Assembly (NCBI GenBank): GCA_963976765.1
Contig: CAXBME010000019.1
Span: 1-64,000 of the forward strand
Source: an uncultured Planctomycetaceae bacterium
GTDB lineage: Bacteria > Planctomycetota > Planctomycetia > Planctomycetales > Planctomycetaceae
DNA: 64,000 nucleotides
Direction: 5' to 3'
In this document: positions 8,449-18,096 of the stretch, piece by piece
How the letters are laid out: each line of letters begins with the position of its first letter
Numbering within the stretch: the stretch's first letter is position 1
Position numbers and translations under genes: made by a program
Notes under the pieces: generated by a model
What the model was told of the DNA's origin: nothing
The model's input: the letters and a program-made list of their open reading frames with translations, nothing else
Databases searched by the model: none

Positions 8449-11094
8449 GTGACTGACAACGATAACGAGCAATCGAATTCTGATTCGCAGGACGTTTCAC
8501 AACCCGAAACCGGTGGTGCGTCTGTTGCCGCGCCGGCAGGATTGCCAAACGCGTTTCTGAAGATGTCGAAGATTGTTGTGCCGTTTCTGAGCGTTCTGCT
8601 CTGTCTCTTTACGCTGGGCGAGGTCAACTACAACCTCATGCAGCCGCAGTCGGCTCTGGCGTTGTTCGTTCTGTTCGGAATGGCTCTTTGCTTTCTTCAG
8701 CATCCGATGCATCCGAAGCTGAAAGGTAACCAGGTTGCTCGCTGGATCGATGTCTTTCTGGGAGTCGCCGCGTGTGCCTGTTGCGCTTACGTGATCGTCC
8801 AGACGGAGCCGATGTTTGAGAGTCTCTGGCTGAAAGGTCAGTCGCTGGCGAATCGAGCCGGCGATGAACAGCCACTCGATTATCAGGTCGGGCTGGTCGG
8901 GCTGGTGCTGGTTCTCGAAGCCACTCGTCGAACCATCGGTCTGATCGTTCCACTGCTTGCTCTGACTTTCGTCGGGCATTCTTACTATTGCTTCGCGGTG
9001 CAGACACACGGCTGGCCATCAATGCCGACGTGGTTGCTTCCGCACGCTGGACAGAGTGTCGACGCGATTGTTGCCACGACTTACCTGCAGACTCTGGGGG
9101 TCTTCGGGCCAGCTGCGACGGTCATGTTCAAGTATGTGTTCCTGTTTGTTGTGTTCGGAACGTTTCTCGAAATGTCCGGAGCAACGCAGTTCATCATCGA
9201 CTTCGCGGAAAAGATTTTCGGGCGAAGTCCAGGCGGTCCAGCAAAGGTTTCGGTGCTTGGCAGTGGGTTGATGGGGTCATTGTCTGGCAGCGCCGTTGCC
9301 AACGCGGTAACCACCGGTGCATTCACAATCCCAATGATGAGGAATGCTGGTTTCGAACGTCACATTGCGGGGGGAATCACGGCCGCTGCGGCGTCAGGTG
9401 GAGCTCTTGTGCCGCCGGTAATGGGAGCTGGCGCGTACATGATGCTGGAACTCGTCCAGCCGCAGGTCACGTTTCTGCAGGTCGCCAAAGCCGCACTCGT
9501 TCCTGCGATTTTGTACTACTTTTCGATTTTCATGATCGTTCACTATTACTCGAAGAGAGTCGGCGCGAAACCGATTCAAAATGAAGGCAAGGACAAAGGC
9601 TCCATCTGGAAGTTCGAAGCGATTGTTTTCTTCGGAGCGCTCGGCATTCTTGTTGGACTTCTGGTCTGGGGATTCTCGCCGTTCAAGTCGGTAACCGGTG
9701 CTTTGATCGGGATTCTGTTCCTGTCGATATTCCGAAAGCAACTGGCGCTGGGGACAACTCCAAGATACTTTGCTCTTGGTGCATTCGCAGCAGGCACGTT
9801 GATTCATCACTTCGCATTTTCAGACATGGTGGATGAACCGTCGATCCGTCAAATCGCAGAGTCATGGCTTGATTCAACCTTGATCGGAACATTCTGTCTA
9901 CTTGTATTCGGGTTGTTGCATCCCGCATGGCGGCCTGCCATGTTGAAGGCGTTTGGCTCTTCGGCAAAGAATGGGGTTTCCCTGGTGGCTGCTAGTGCGT
10001 GTGTTGGGATCATCATCGGAATCGTTCAGCAAACCGGCATCGCTACTGATTTCAGTGCGACAATTCGTGGGGTGGTCGAAACCAATCTTTTTGCCGCATT
10101 GATGGGCATCATGGTCTGCTCGCTGATTCTCGGAATGGGCGTGCCGTCGGTGGTGTGTTACCTCCTCATGGCAACTCTAATGGGATCGTTGCTGGGGGAA
10201 CTTGGCGTGATCCCTTTGTCTGCTCATCTTTTCATCTTCTACTTTGGCATGATGTCGATGGTTACGCCGCCGGTGGCGCTCGCGGCTTATGCGAGTGCGT
10301 CGATCGCCGAAGCGTCGATCATGAAGACGTCTTTCGCGGCGTTCGCGTTTTCGCTCGTTGGTTTTTCGTTGCCATTCATGTTTGTTTATCGGCCTGAACT
10401 CACGCTGCAAAGCAACGCTCCGGAAGTGAAGTTGATTTCTTACAAGCCTGCAGATGAAGCGGGTGAGCCTGGAGTCCTGCGCGTAACATTTGAACGATTC
10501 GGAAACTCAGTGCCTGGTGCAAGGGCGTTACTCATGCAGCCCGGAGATTCTGAGGTTCTGACGCTGGAAACTGGAGATTACGGAAGCATCAGAACGGATG
10601 TCTTGCCGGGCGACTGGACTTTGAAGCTGCAGTTGCCGAAGTCTCAAACAGACGAAGAGAAGGAGAGCGGTGCGGCGGTCGTATTTGGTGATTCGCTGCA
10701 TATTGGTACGATCGATATCTATGACCAGGCTCGGGATGAAACGGCCATTACCGACGAGGAGAAGCTGAATTTCTCGTACACCTGGGGCAGGTTCACGGAC
10801 CAGCGGCTGTCGATCATGAGCGTCATCATGTCGGTTGCTGCAGCGGCCATTGGGATTATGGCACTGGCCGCCGGTCTGGCTGGCTATTTGCGAAACCTGC
10901 TGAATCCGATGTGTAGAGTTCTGCTGTTTGTGGCGGCAGCGTTCCTGCTATACCCAGGCGCCGGTGTGAACGTCGGAGGATTCCGGTTACCGATTACTGA
11001 CGTGATCGGGTGCGTCATTTTCGCGGTGACGATCGTGGTGGCGGGAAAGCCTGCCGGCGACGATGCGTCTTCTGTGGAGCCGGCAACTGCTTAA
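8449..11094 (+). CDS. TRAP transporter fused 4TM/12TM permease (DctQM)
   Basis: Motifs LEATRRTIG, GGPAKVSV, SGSAVANA.TTG.FTIPMM, PPVMGAGA and TPPVALAAYA; follows the TAXI gene. Confidence 0.9.
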   Translation: MTDNDNEQSNSDSQDVSQPETGGASVAAPAGLPNAFLKMSKIVVPFLSVLLCLFTLGEVNYNLMQPQSALALFVLFGMALCFLQHPMHPKLKGNQVARWIDVFLGVAACACCAYVIVQTEPMFESLWLKGQSLANRAGDEQPLDYQVGLVGLVLVLEATRRTIGLIVPLLALTFVGHSYYCFAVQTHGWPSMPTWLLPHAGQSVDAIVATTYLQTLGVFGPAATVMFKYVFLFVVFGTFLEMSGATQFIIDFAEKIFGRSPGGPAKVSVLGSGLMGSLSGSAVANAVTTGAFTIPMMRNAGFERHIAGGITAAAASGGALVPPVMGAGAYMMLELVQPQVTFLQVAKAALVPAILYYFSIFMIVHYYSKRVGAKPIQNEGKDKGSIWKFEAIVFFGALGILVGLLVWGFSPFKSVTGALIGILFLSIFRKQLALGTTPRYFALGAFAAGTLIHHFAFSDMVDEPSIRQIAESWLDSTLIGTFCLLVFGLLHPAWRPAMLKAFGSSAKNGVSLVAASACVGIIIGIVQQTGIATDFSATIRGVVETNLFAALMGIMVCSLILGMGVPSVVCYLLMATLMGSLLGELGVIPLSAHLFIFYFGMMSMVTPPVALAAYASASIAEASIMKTSFAAFAFSLVGFSLPFMFVYRPELTLQSNAPEVKLISYKPADEAGEPGVLRVTFERFGNSVPGARALLMQPGDSEVLTLETGDYGSIRTDVLPGDWTLKLQLPKSQTDEEKESGAAVVFGDSLHIGTIDIYDQARDETAITDEEKLNFSYTWGRFTDQRLSIMSVIMSVAAAAIGIMALAAGLAGYLRNLLNPMCRVLLFVAAAFLLYPGAGVNVGGFRLPITDVIGCVIFAVTIVVAGKPAGDDASSVEPATA

Positions 11095-12341
11095 ATGACG
11101 TTCTTCCAGTCAGTGAGTCGTCTGACGGCTCGGCGGATGACTCCGGGGCGAACCATCGTCAGCAGAACTCCGGCCATTAATGCCTGACCTGGTGCAGATT
11201 GCCCAGCTGCTCGGCGAGTGTTATCGGCGGCTTCCTTGAACTGAGCGGGTTCGGGAAGCGGCGGAGGCAATGGACCGTCAACGGTCGAATCTTCAGGGAC
11301 GACTTCCAGCGAGCCATCCTCGTTCATCGGAAGCAGCATCGGGAACGCTTCGCGCAGGCGTCGCGGCTCGGCTTCCGTCGCAGAGTTTGATTCGGCAGGC
11401 TGCTCTCCAGCGACCGGCTTGACGGCTTGTGGGTTGGAATCGGGGTGATCCTGGAAAAGCGAATTGACAACGTCACGGCGACGTTGCTGAGTTTTTTTGC
11501 CAGGCGTTTCAGAATTCTGATCGGCGACTCGAACTGGATTTTCGAGCTGTTCTGCCGGCACGCTGCGGGGAGTTGGCTGCAAGTCCAGATTCCCGTCAGC
11601 GGTACTCCAGCCAGGAGTTCGTTCCGTTCCGATCGCGATGGTGGCGTCCGGTTTCGTCGCGTTTGTGATGCTGACGAAGATTGGCGGCGGAGCAAAAATT
11701 GGATCGAGAGGTTCATCCCGCTCAACAACCGGCTGGTACAATCCGACGAGCAGATCGGCATGTCGGGAGTTGGTCGTCAGGTCAGAGTAGTCTCGCGCAG
11801 GAAACGCCGGAGGTGCTTCGTCGATATCCGCGTCATCCAGAGTCAGGCTTCCGCCGTCGTTGACAATGCCTGTGCCGCTGTCCTCTGCAACCAGCAGAGT
11901 AAGCTGTTCAAGAGTCAGCGAGACACCGTCCTGAATATGGAATGCCGAGTCAATCTGCGACGCATCGATAAATGTTTCGTCGCGACCACCTCCAGAGATG
12001 ACGACGTCATCGGTGATTTCAAGATCGCCTGAAGCCGCCGAGTGATCCGTCGAGCCTTGAAGCGACAGTTCGAGCAGTCCAGGTGGCAACAGAATTGTGT
12101 CCGTACCTGGAGCAGCGTTTGCTTCCTGAATGGCTGCTCGCAGAGTGGTCTTTCCCGAGGCCGTTGCGGCGATCCCGTCTCCCGGATTCGCGTCCGGTTG
12201 ATCCAGTGGCGAGTCTACAATGAACGCGGAAAGCATTGCCTTTGGCTCAAAACGCTCGGCAGACTGGACGAGGCTCTTGCGACGTCGCCGTTTTGGAGTC
12301 GCCCATCCAGCGATTCGCAGCAACCAGTTGGGAAGATTCAT
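11091..12341 (-). CDS. Exported CSLREA-like domain protein with Pro/acidic linker
   Basis: ORF to 12407, likely ATG at 12341. RRRRKS...ERFEPKAMLS is a planctomycete-type export motif. DANPGDG...TTLRAAIQEAN is CSLREA-like, followed by GDLEITDD. Confidence 0.7.
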   Translation of the reverse strand: MNLPNWLLRIAGWATPKRRRRKSLVQSAERFEPKAMLSAFIVDSPLDQPDANPGDGIAATASGKTTLRAAIQEANAAPGTDTILLPPGLLELSLQGSTDHSAASGDLEITDDVVISGGGRDETFIDASQIDSAFHIQDGVSLTLEQLTLLVAEDSGTGIVNDGGSLTLDDADIDEAPPAFPARDYSDLTTNSRHADLLVGLYQPVVERDEPLDPIFAPPPIFVSITNATKPDATIAIGTERTPGWSTADGNLDLQPTPRSVPAEQLENPVRVADQNSETPGKKTQQRRRDVVNSLFQDHPDSNPQAVKPVAGEQPAESNSATEAEPRRLREAFPMLLPMNEDGSLEVVPEDSTVDGPLPPPLPEPAQFKEAADNTRRAAGQSAPGQALMAGVLLTMVRPGVIRRAVRRLTDWKNVI

Positions 12342-12658
12342 TCTGCCTGCCTCGATTCGTCCATGAGGGCTGACGATGTCCGAAAACCGGACGCAGAAGT
12401 CCAGCACATCAACTCTTTAGATCGGCATCGAGTTAGGGCCGGCATGACAGGAATCGTGTTGAATTGGGGGGATTCGAACGACTTTTCCGTTTCGGCGGTT
12501 TCCTGTTGAAATTTCGACAAGCCTGATGACGAGAGTTTCTTTCAGCCGGCATCGGTGTGATTTCGCCGTGATTCCGCAAGAATGCGTCGCTTTGGTCATT
12601 CACTCGAACCAGTTTTCAGCCCCTGTTCCTTAACGACGAACCTGCCGTAACCAGCTCA

Positions 12659-13699
12659 ATGACAAACAAGCGATGTTCAATTTCCAATGATGTTTCTCTT
12701 GCCGCCGACATTCTGCGAAGCGGCGGACTGGTCGCGTTCGGGACAGAGACTGTGTACGGACTGGGTGCGAACGCGCTCGACGAACACGCGGTTGCGCGAG
12801 TGTTTGAGGCGAAGAATCGTCCGCACTTCGATCCACTGATCGTCCACATTGCGAATCGGAAATGGCTTGATCGACTGGCCGAGCAACTCTCGCCGGCAGC
12901 GAAACAGCTGGCAGAAGAGTTCTGGCCAGGGCCGCTGACGATGGTGCTTCCCAAGAGGGACATCGTCCCCGACCTCGTGACATCCGGTCTGCCTTCCGTC
13001 GCGATCAGAATGCCGAGCCATCCGCTGGCGCTGGAACTGCTAACGCTGATTGATCTGCCGATTGCGGCGCCGAGTGCCAATCCGTTCGGACAAATCAGCC
13101 CGACGACCGCTCAGCATGTGTTCGACAATCTGGGAGACCGCATCGATCTGATTCTCGACGGCGGTCCGTGCCATGTTGGGGTCGAGTCGACGGTTGTACT
13201 GATGACGGGTGGCCGTCCGGCAATTTTGAGGCACGGCGGCGTCACTCAGGAACAGCTCGAACGTATCGTCGGCCCCGTTGATGTTCGGTGCTCTGAGGCC
13301 AACGATGAAACCGGTAACGGCGATTCGCACACCGGTCCTGGCGAGTCCGGCCAGAATACACCGCCGGGCGCGGTCGCTCCGGGAATGCTGGCTCAGCATT
13401 ACTCACCGACGACGCCGCTGGCACTGGCGAGTGGTGCTTCAGTTGCGTCGTTGTCAGGTAAACGTATCGGGCTGCTTCGCCTGTCGAAATCGTCGAGCGC
13501 TGGTGACAGGTTACCTGAGTATGTACTGGTCGAAACTCTTTCGGACGACGGTGACCTGCGGACCGCCGCCGCCGGATTCTTCGCCGCGTTACGCAGGCTC
13601 GATTCCAGCGGGCTCGACATCATCCTTGCGGAATCGTTCCCGGAAGAAGGTCTTGGTCGAGCGTTAAACGATCGCCTGCGCCGCGCGTGCCATCAATAA
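12659..13699 (+). CDS. tsaC: L-threonylcarbamoyladenylate synthase (Sua5-type)
   Basis: Motifs TETVYGLGA, K.RP..DPLIVH, FWPGPLT, AAPSAN and PGML.QHYSP; SUA5 C-terminal domain ending in ALNDRLRRA. Confidence 0.95.
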   Translation: MTNKRCSISNDVSLAADILRSGGLVAFGTETVYGLGANALDEHAVARVFEAKNRPHFDPLIVHIANRKWLDRLAEQLSPAAKQLAEEFWPGPLTMVLPKRDIVPDLVTSGLPSVAIRMPSHPLALELLTLIDLPIAAPSANPFGQISPTTAQHVFDNLGDRIDLILDGGPCHVGVESTVVLMTGGRPAILRHGGVTQEQLERIVGPVDVRCSEANDETGNGDSHTGPGESGQNTPPGAVAPGMLAQHYSPTTPLALASGASVASLSGKRIGLLRLSKSSSAGDRLPEYVLVETLSDDGDLRTAAAGFFAALRRLDSSGLDIILAESFPEEGLGRALNDRLRRACHQ

Positions 13700-13744
13700 A
13701 AGTTGCGTTCCAGTCTTGCCTCGATCTCAGAGTAAATGTGGGTG

Positions 13745-13891
13745 AAACGGGTTTGATGGTTAGAGCCTGCGTCATTTTGTCGACGTTCCATCGAAACATT
13801 CATCTCATCGTGACGCTTTCCTTGTCGGTCTGCTTTTTGAGGATGCTGATGGCGAAGCGTTTCAACACCACGCCAGGCTGTCGGCGACGAA
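13745..13891 (-). pseudogene. Degraded C-terminal fragment of an ISAs1-family-like transposase
   Basis: Minus strand reads FVADSLAW / 2-nt frameshift / LKRFAISILKKQTDKESVTMR*MFRWNVDKMTQALT. This resembles the ISAs1 transposase C-terminus as I recall it. In-frame stop at 13800-13802. Confidence 0.6.
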
Positions 13892-14096
13892 GCCGCACGT
13901 AGGAGCCGATTGCCGTGGAACCATCAGCCCCTGCGTGCACTTCGGCCACAATCAGGTACTCTCTGCACCTGCTGGCAGTTGAGAGATATGTTGAACAAGG
14001 CGACGCTGCGAGCCACCGGTGTCGGGCAACGGACCAGACCTTACGAAGTCCGTACTGACGCAAGTGCAGGCAGAGAACGATTGCAGATTCATAGCA

Positions 14097-14591
14097 TTAC
14101 GCATGCTGCGGTGGGTTTTCGCAACTCTTCAATGTGACGAGTTCCGGGCCGCAGCAGCCGGCTTTAGCGTAGAGTTCATCTTTGACATCGGCTTCGAGAA
14201 CGACAAAGACTTCCCACTTGTGTCCATCAGGATCAATGGCCCACACCTTGTCCTGCACGGCGTAGCAGCAGGTGGTGGCTTCTTCAGTGATTGTCTCGAT
14301 TCCCGCTGCTTTGAATCGTTCGATTGCAGTCTGGACTGCTGCCACCGACTTGACCTGCACGCCGAAATGAGCGGAGCCACCTTCGACTAATACCTCGCCG
14401 TCGACTTCGTTGAGCGTTAGGTTCACCGATGGATCCGAGGGTTCAAATTTGGCGTAGCGTGGTCGCTCTTTACTGGGCGAGTCACCCAGCAGCAGTTCGT
14501 AGAATTGCTTTGAGGCTTCCAGATTGGAAACTGTCAATGCGACGTGCAGCCGACAGTTGCCGGCAAATTTGACGGCTGATTCAGTCTTCAT
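14097..14591 (-). CDS. arsI: ArsI/CadI-family VOC metalloenzyme (putative C-As lyase)
   Basis: LHVAL, AHFGVQV, TTCCYAVQDKVW (vicinal Cys) and DPDGHKWEVF; overlaps the arsC stop. Confidence 0.85.
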   Translation of the reverse strand: MKTESAVKFAGNCRLHVALTVSNLEASKQFYELLLGDSPSKERPRYAKFEPSDPSVNLTLNEVDGEVLVEGGSAHFGVQVKSVAAVQTAIERFKAAGIETITEEATTCCYAVQDKVWAIDPDGHKWEVFVVLEADVKDELYAKAGCCGPELVTLKSCENPPQHA

Positions 14592-15022
14592 CGCAACTCT
14601 CCTGATTTCAGATCCTGAAGGTAACTTTCAATACGGTGTTTGATTTCGTCGCGAACTCGGCGGAAGAAGACCAGTTGTTCGTCTTCTGTGCCAGTGGCGT
14701 CGGCGGGATCATCAAAGGGCCAGTGCAGAGTCTGTTTTGCGCCAGGAAACACCGGGCATGATTCCTGCGCGTTATCACAGACCGTAACGACCAGATCGAA
14801 TGGCTCGTTCTGGAACTGATCCAGCGACTTGCTTGTGTTGCTGGAAATGTCGATGTCCAGCTCCTGCATTGCACGAATCGCCAGCGGATGGACGTAGCCG
14901 GATGGCTTCGAACCAGCCGACTCAGAGTGCCACTCGCCGTTGCCGAGCGATTCCCACAGCGATTCAGCCATCTGTGATCGACACGAGTTTCCTGTACACA
15001 GAATGAGAACACGTTTCGTCAT
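14588..15022 (-). CDS. arsC: Thioredoxin-dependent arsenate reductase (LMW-PTP fold)
   Basis: CTGNSCRS P-loop, VCDNAQESCP resolving cysteines and HWPFDDPA; ars gene context. Confidence 0.9.
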   Translation of the reverse strand: MTKRVLILCTGNSCRSQMAESLWESLGNGEWHSESAGSKPSGYVHPLAIRAMQELDIDISSNTSKSLDQFQNEPFDLVVTVCDNAQESCPVFPGAKQTLHWPFDDPADATGTEDEQLVFFRRVRDEIKHRIESYLQDLKSGELR

Positions 15023-15330
15023 TTGGGATTCCTGATGAAGATATTTCTGTTGGTGGTTATTGCGTCGCTACGGCGGTTTCTATCGTCACTCTGGTGAGGT
15101 AGAGCTCGTAGCAGCTCTCAAGTTCGGGACGCTGTCGGTAGTCGTCCCAGTGGGTTGATGTTCGCTGAAATGGATCGGTCGCCGCGAGCCATTACATCGG
15201 CAAACTGCACGTTTGCAGTGAAGACCTTGCCACGTTGCATCTTCAGGGGTACGTCGTCGAGGAACATTGTCCCGAAGCTGTCCTTGTGTGATTGCTGTCA
15301 TTGGGCGTCTCCTGCGTGGGATTGTATTTC

Positions 15331-16551
15331 TCAGACAGCTGCGGCATCACCAGTGGCGGCGTTGGATTCATGAGCGAACCAGTTTTGAGTCCGTACGCAG
15401 AATTTCACTAGACCCAGCATCAGAGGCACTTCAATCAGGACGCCAACGACTGTGGCCAGGGCCGCTCCGGATGAAAGTCCGTAGAGCATCGTGGCCGTTG
15501 CGATCGCAACTTCGAAATGGTTTGACGCGCCGATCATCGCTGTCGGTGAGGCGTTCTCATAAGTCAGGCCCATGAACTTCGACACGATGTAACCCAGTGC
15601 GAAAATCACGATTGTCTGGATGAACAGTGGAATCGCGATCCACAGAATTGTGAGTGGGTTCTGCAGAATGGTCTCTCCTTTGAACGAAAACAACAGCACC
15701 AGCGTCGCGAGCAGAGCCACGATCGTGATTGGCGTGAGTACATGCAGGAACTTCTCTTTGAACCACACTTCTCCCTTGCTGGCGATCAGCCACTTTCGCG
15801 AGAAGAAGCCGGCAATCAATGGCAGCGCGACATACACACCGATTGACAGCAACAGGGCCTGCCACGGTACGGGCAGCTTTCCGACTCCCAGCAGAAACCC
15901 GCCCATTACGCCATACAGTACGAGCATCGTCAGCGAATTGATTGCCACCATGACCAGTGTGTGGCCATCGTTGCCCTTCGCAAGGAACCCCCACACCAGC
16001 ACCATCGCCGTACACGGGGCGATCCCCAGCAGAATGCAGCCGGCGAGGTAACTCCGCCACAGCGGAACTTCGAGCATTTTCACGTTATCGACCAGCACGA
16101 CCGTGCCGGCTCCGTACGTGTCTCCGACAGACAGCTCCGCCCCGAGCGGCAGTTTGACGTGGTCCATTTCGTCTGGACCGATGAACCCCAGAAACAGCGA
16201 TCCCAGAAAGACGCTGGCAATCGCGTACATCGTAAATGGCTTAATGGCCCAGTTGATGAATAGCGTGATCCCTACAGGCCGAAGAGCCTTACCGGCCTTC
16301 AGGATCTCCCGGAAGTCGATCTTTACCATGATGGGATACATCATGAAGAACAGACACAGGGCGATCGGAATCGAAACGACGGGCGCCTCATCGACATAAA
16401 TCGCCATGCTGTCGAGTGTCTTCGCCAGACCCGGCGCAATTTTGCCCAGCACGATCCCGCCAACAATGCACAAGGCGACCCATACCGTGAGGTACCGCTC
16501 AAACAGGCTCATGTCCTTGTCGTCTTTGACCGGACAGACTTCCTCGCTCAT
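15331..16551 (-). CDS. acr3: ACR3-family arsenite efflux transporter
   Basis: Motifs [39 protein letters not shown] and GVLIEVP. Confidence 0.95.
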   Translation of the reverse strand: MSEEVCPVKDDKDMSLFERYLTVWVALCIVGGIVLGKIAPGLAKTLDSMAIYVDEAPVVSIPIALCLFFMMYPIMVKIDFREILKAGKALRPVGITLFINWAIKPFTMYAIASVFLGSLFLGFIGPDEMDHVKLPLGAELSVGDTYGAGTVVLVDNVKMLEVPLWRSYLAGCILLGIAPCTAMVLVWGFLAKGNDGHTLVMVAINSLTMLVLYGVMGGFLLGVGKLPVPWQALLLSIGVYVALPLIAGFFSRKWLIASKGEVWFKEKFLHVLTPITIVALLATLVLLFSFKGETILQNPLTILWIAIPLFIQTIVIFALGYIVSKFMGLTYENASPTAMIGASNHFEVAIATATMLYGLSSGAALATVVGVLIEVPLMLGLVKFCVRTQNWFAHESNAATGDAAAV

Positions 16552-16803
16552 TTTCGTTGGCTCCCAGAGTTGTGATGGCTTCGCTGTGAGTTTTTCAATC
16601 AGTTTTGACTGCGAAACAGCAGCAGGTGATGAGTTTCAGTAAGCACGTCCGGATGGCATTTTTGAACGTCAGATCACTCGTTCCGGTTGTGAGTAGAAAT
16701 TCCAGCCCGAGGACGGCCCCCAGCATTTACCTCATTGCGAAAATTGCCCCGCAGTTTTGAATCTTGTGCAGGTCTGCTGATGTCCTGCATAAGTGGTGTC
16801 TCG

Positions 16804-17220
16804 TCAATCGGCATAAACAACAAATTGTCCGTCGACCAGAAGTAGCGGCTCATCTGACACTCGTTCAAACGTCAGGTTGTGTACTTCCCCTGATTGATGG
16901 CTGTGAAACTCGATGTGGCCTTCGTCTTCCTCGTCGTGGTTGAAATATGTTGCCCGCATCCGCATTCCCACCCACTGTCTGAATTTTTCCCATGGCATTT
17001 CCGACCGAAAACGCCACGACGCTACGAACGACCATCGTCCACGCTGGATAGCGAATTTCCTGACGATGTCTCCGTCTGGTGGTACTGACAGTTTCATCTG
17101 AGTCATCGCGACCGTGTCGAACAGAGGTTGTTCAGCCGAAGGCCGCGTCCACCGCCACACGGTCGCCACCGCCAGCCCGATGGCTACAACACCAACCACA
17201 GTTCTGCGATTCTTCAGCAT
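16804..17220 (-). CDS. Hypothetical protein with N-terminal membrane anchor
   Basis: ORF 16804..17247, likely ATG near 17220; hydrophobic stretch VVGVVAIGLAVATVW; no family recognised. Confidence 0.5.
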   Translation of the reverse strand: MLKNRRTVVGVVAIGLAVATVWRWTRPSAEQPLFDTVAMTQMKLSVPPDGDIVRKFAIQRGRWSFVASWRFRSEMPWEKFRQWVGMRMRATYFNHDEEDEGHIEFHSHQSGEVHNLTFERVSDEPLLLVDGQFVVYAD

Positions 17221-17350
17221 TCGTCTGCCAGTCCGAGGACACAACAATTTGGTTTGCTTTCGGCCGCCCGTTACCTGTTTGACCAGAGGTTATGTACGAT
17301 TCAGTTGCGGGTGCGCATTTTTTATTCGATAATTGGATAACTGTCAAACT

Positions 17351-17716
17351 ATGGAAATGGCACAGATTGTTCGATCGCTGGCTGCGCTGGCCCAGGAATC
17401 TCGACTGCAGGTTTTCCGGCTGCTGGTCTGCGCTGGCGAGGATGGAATGCCGGCAGGAAAGATCGCCGAGAAACTCGAAGTTGCTCCGGCCACGCTGTCG
17501 TTTCATCTGAAAGAACTGTCGAACGCAGACCTGATCCAGCAGCGTCGTGAGGGCCGCTCGATCATCTACTCGCTGAACGTCGAAGCGATGCAGTTGCTCC
17601 TGGCATTTCTGGTGGAAGACTGCTGTCAGGGCCAGTCGGAACTCTGCGGACCGGCCTTCGCGCTCATCAACTGCTGTGAGACACCGACAAAGAGGAAAAA
17701 AACAAACCCAACCTGA
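17351..17716 (+). CDS. arsR: ArsR/SmtB-family As(III)-responsive repressor (C-terminal Cys type)
   Basis: ALAQESRLQVFRLL, APATLSFHLKEL, REGRSIIY and EDCCQG...C; divergent from acr3-arsC-arsI. Confidence 0.9.
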   Translation: MEMAQIVRSLAALAQESRLQVFRLLVCAGEDGMPAGKIAEKLEVAPATLSFHLKELSNADLIQQRREGRSIIYSLNVEAMQLLLAFLVEDCCQGQSELCGPAFALINCCETPTKRKKTNPT

Positions 17717-18096
17717 CCGACCGCGGATACGAGCGATTGTTGACGTCAGTCGCTACCGTCCATGGAGCCGGACGTCGTGATCGGGGCAGCAAACATCAGG
17801 TTGCCAATCTGCACTGTTTCGACACACCGGGGGGAGTTTGCGAAAGGTCACCGGTTGCTGCCACCAGAGCATGCAAACGGGACAAACCGGGCCGATCCGA
17901 TTTGGTCCGGAACAAAAGGAAGCCCTTTTCCGGTGAGACTTCATGTCGTCGGTTTCGGAGATGGCTCGATTCCCCGGTGCCTGTTTTGCCAGTGAAGTGC
18001 CTCACGTTCTGCTACCGGGCTATGGCGCGTGTGGCGATGTTCGAGAAGCCCCGACGACTGCGACGCGTTCCTGCTGACCTTGATGAGTCTTCGTGA

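Noticed and set aside
17717..18096. Short ORFs between arsR and the XylR-type gene
   Set aside because: No RBS, motif or protein-like composition; treated as a convergent intergenic spacer.
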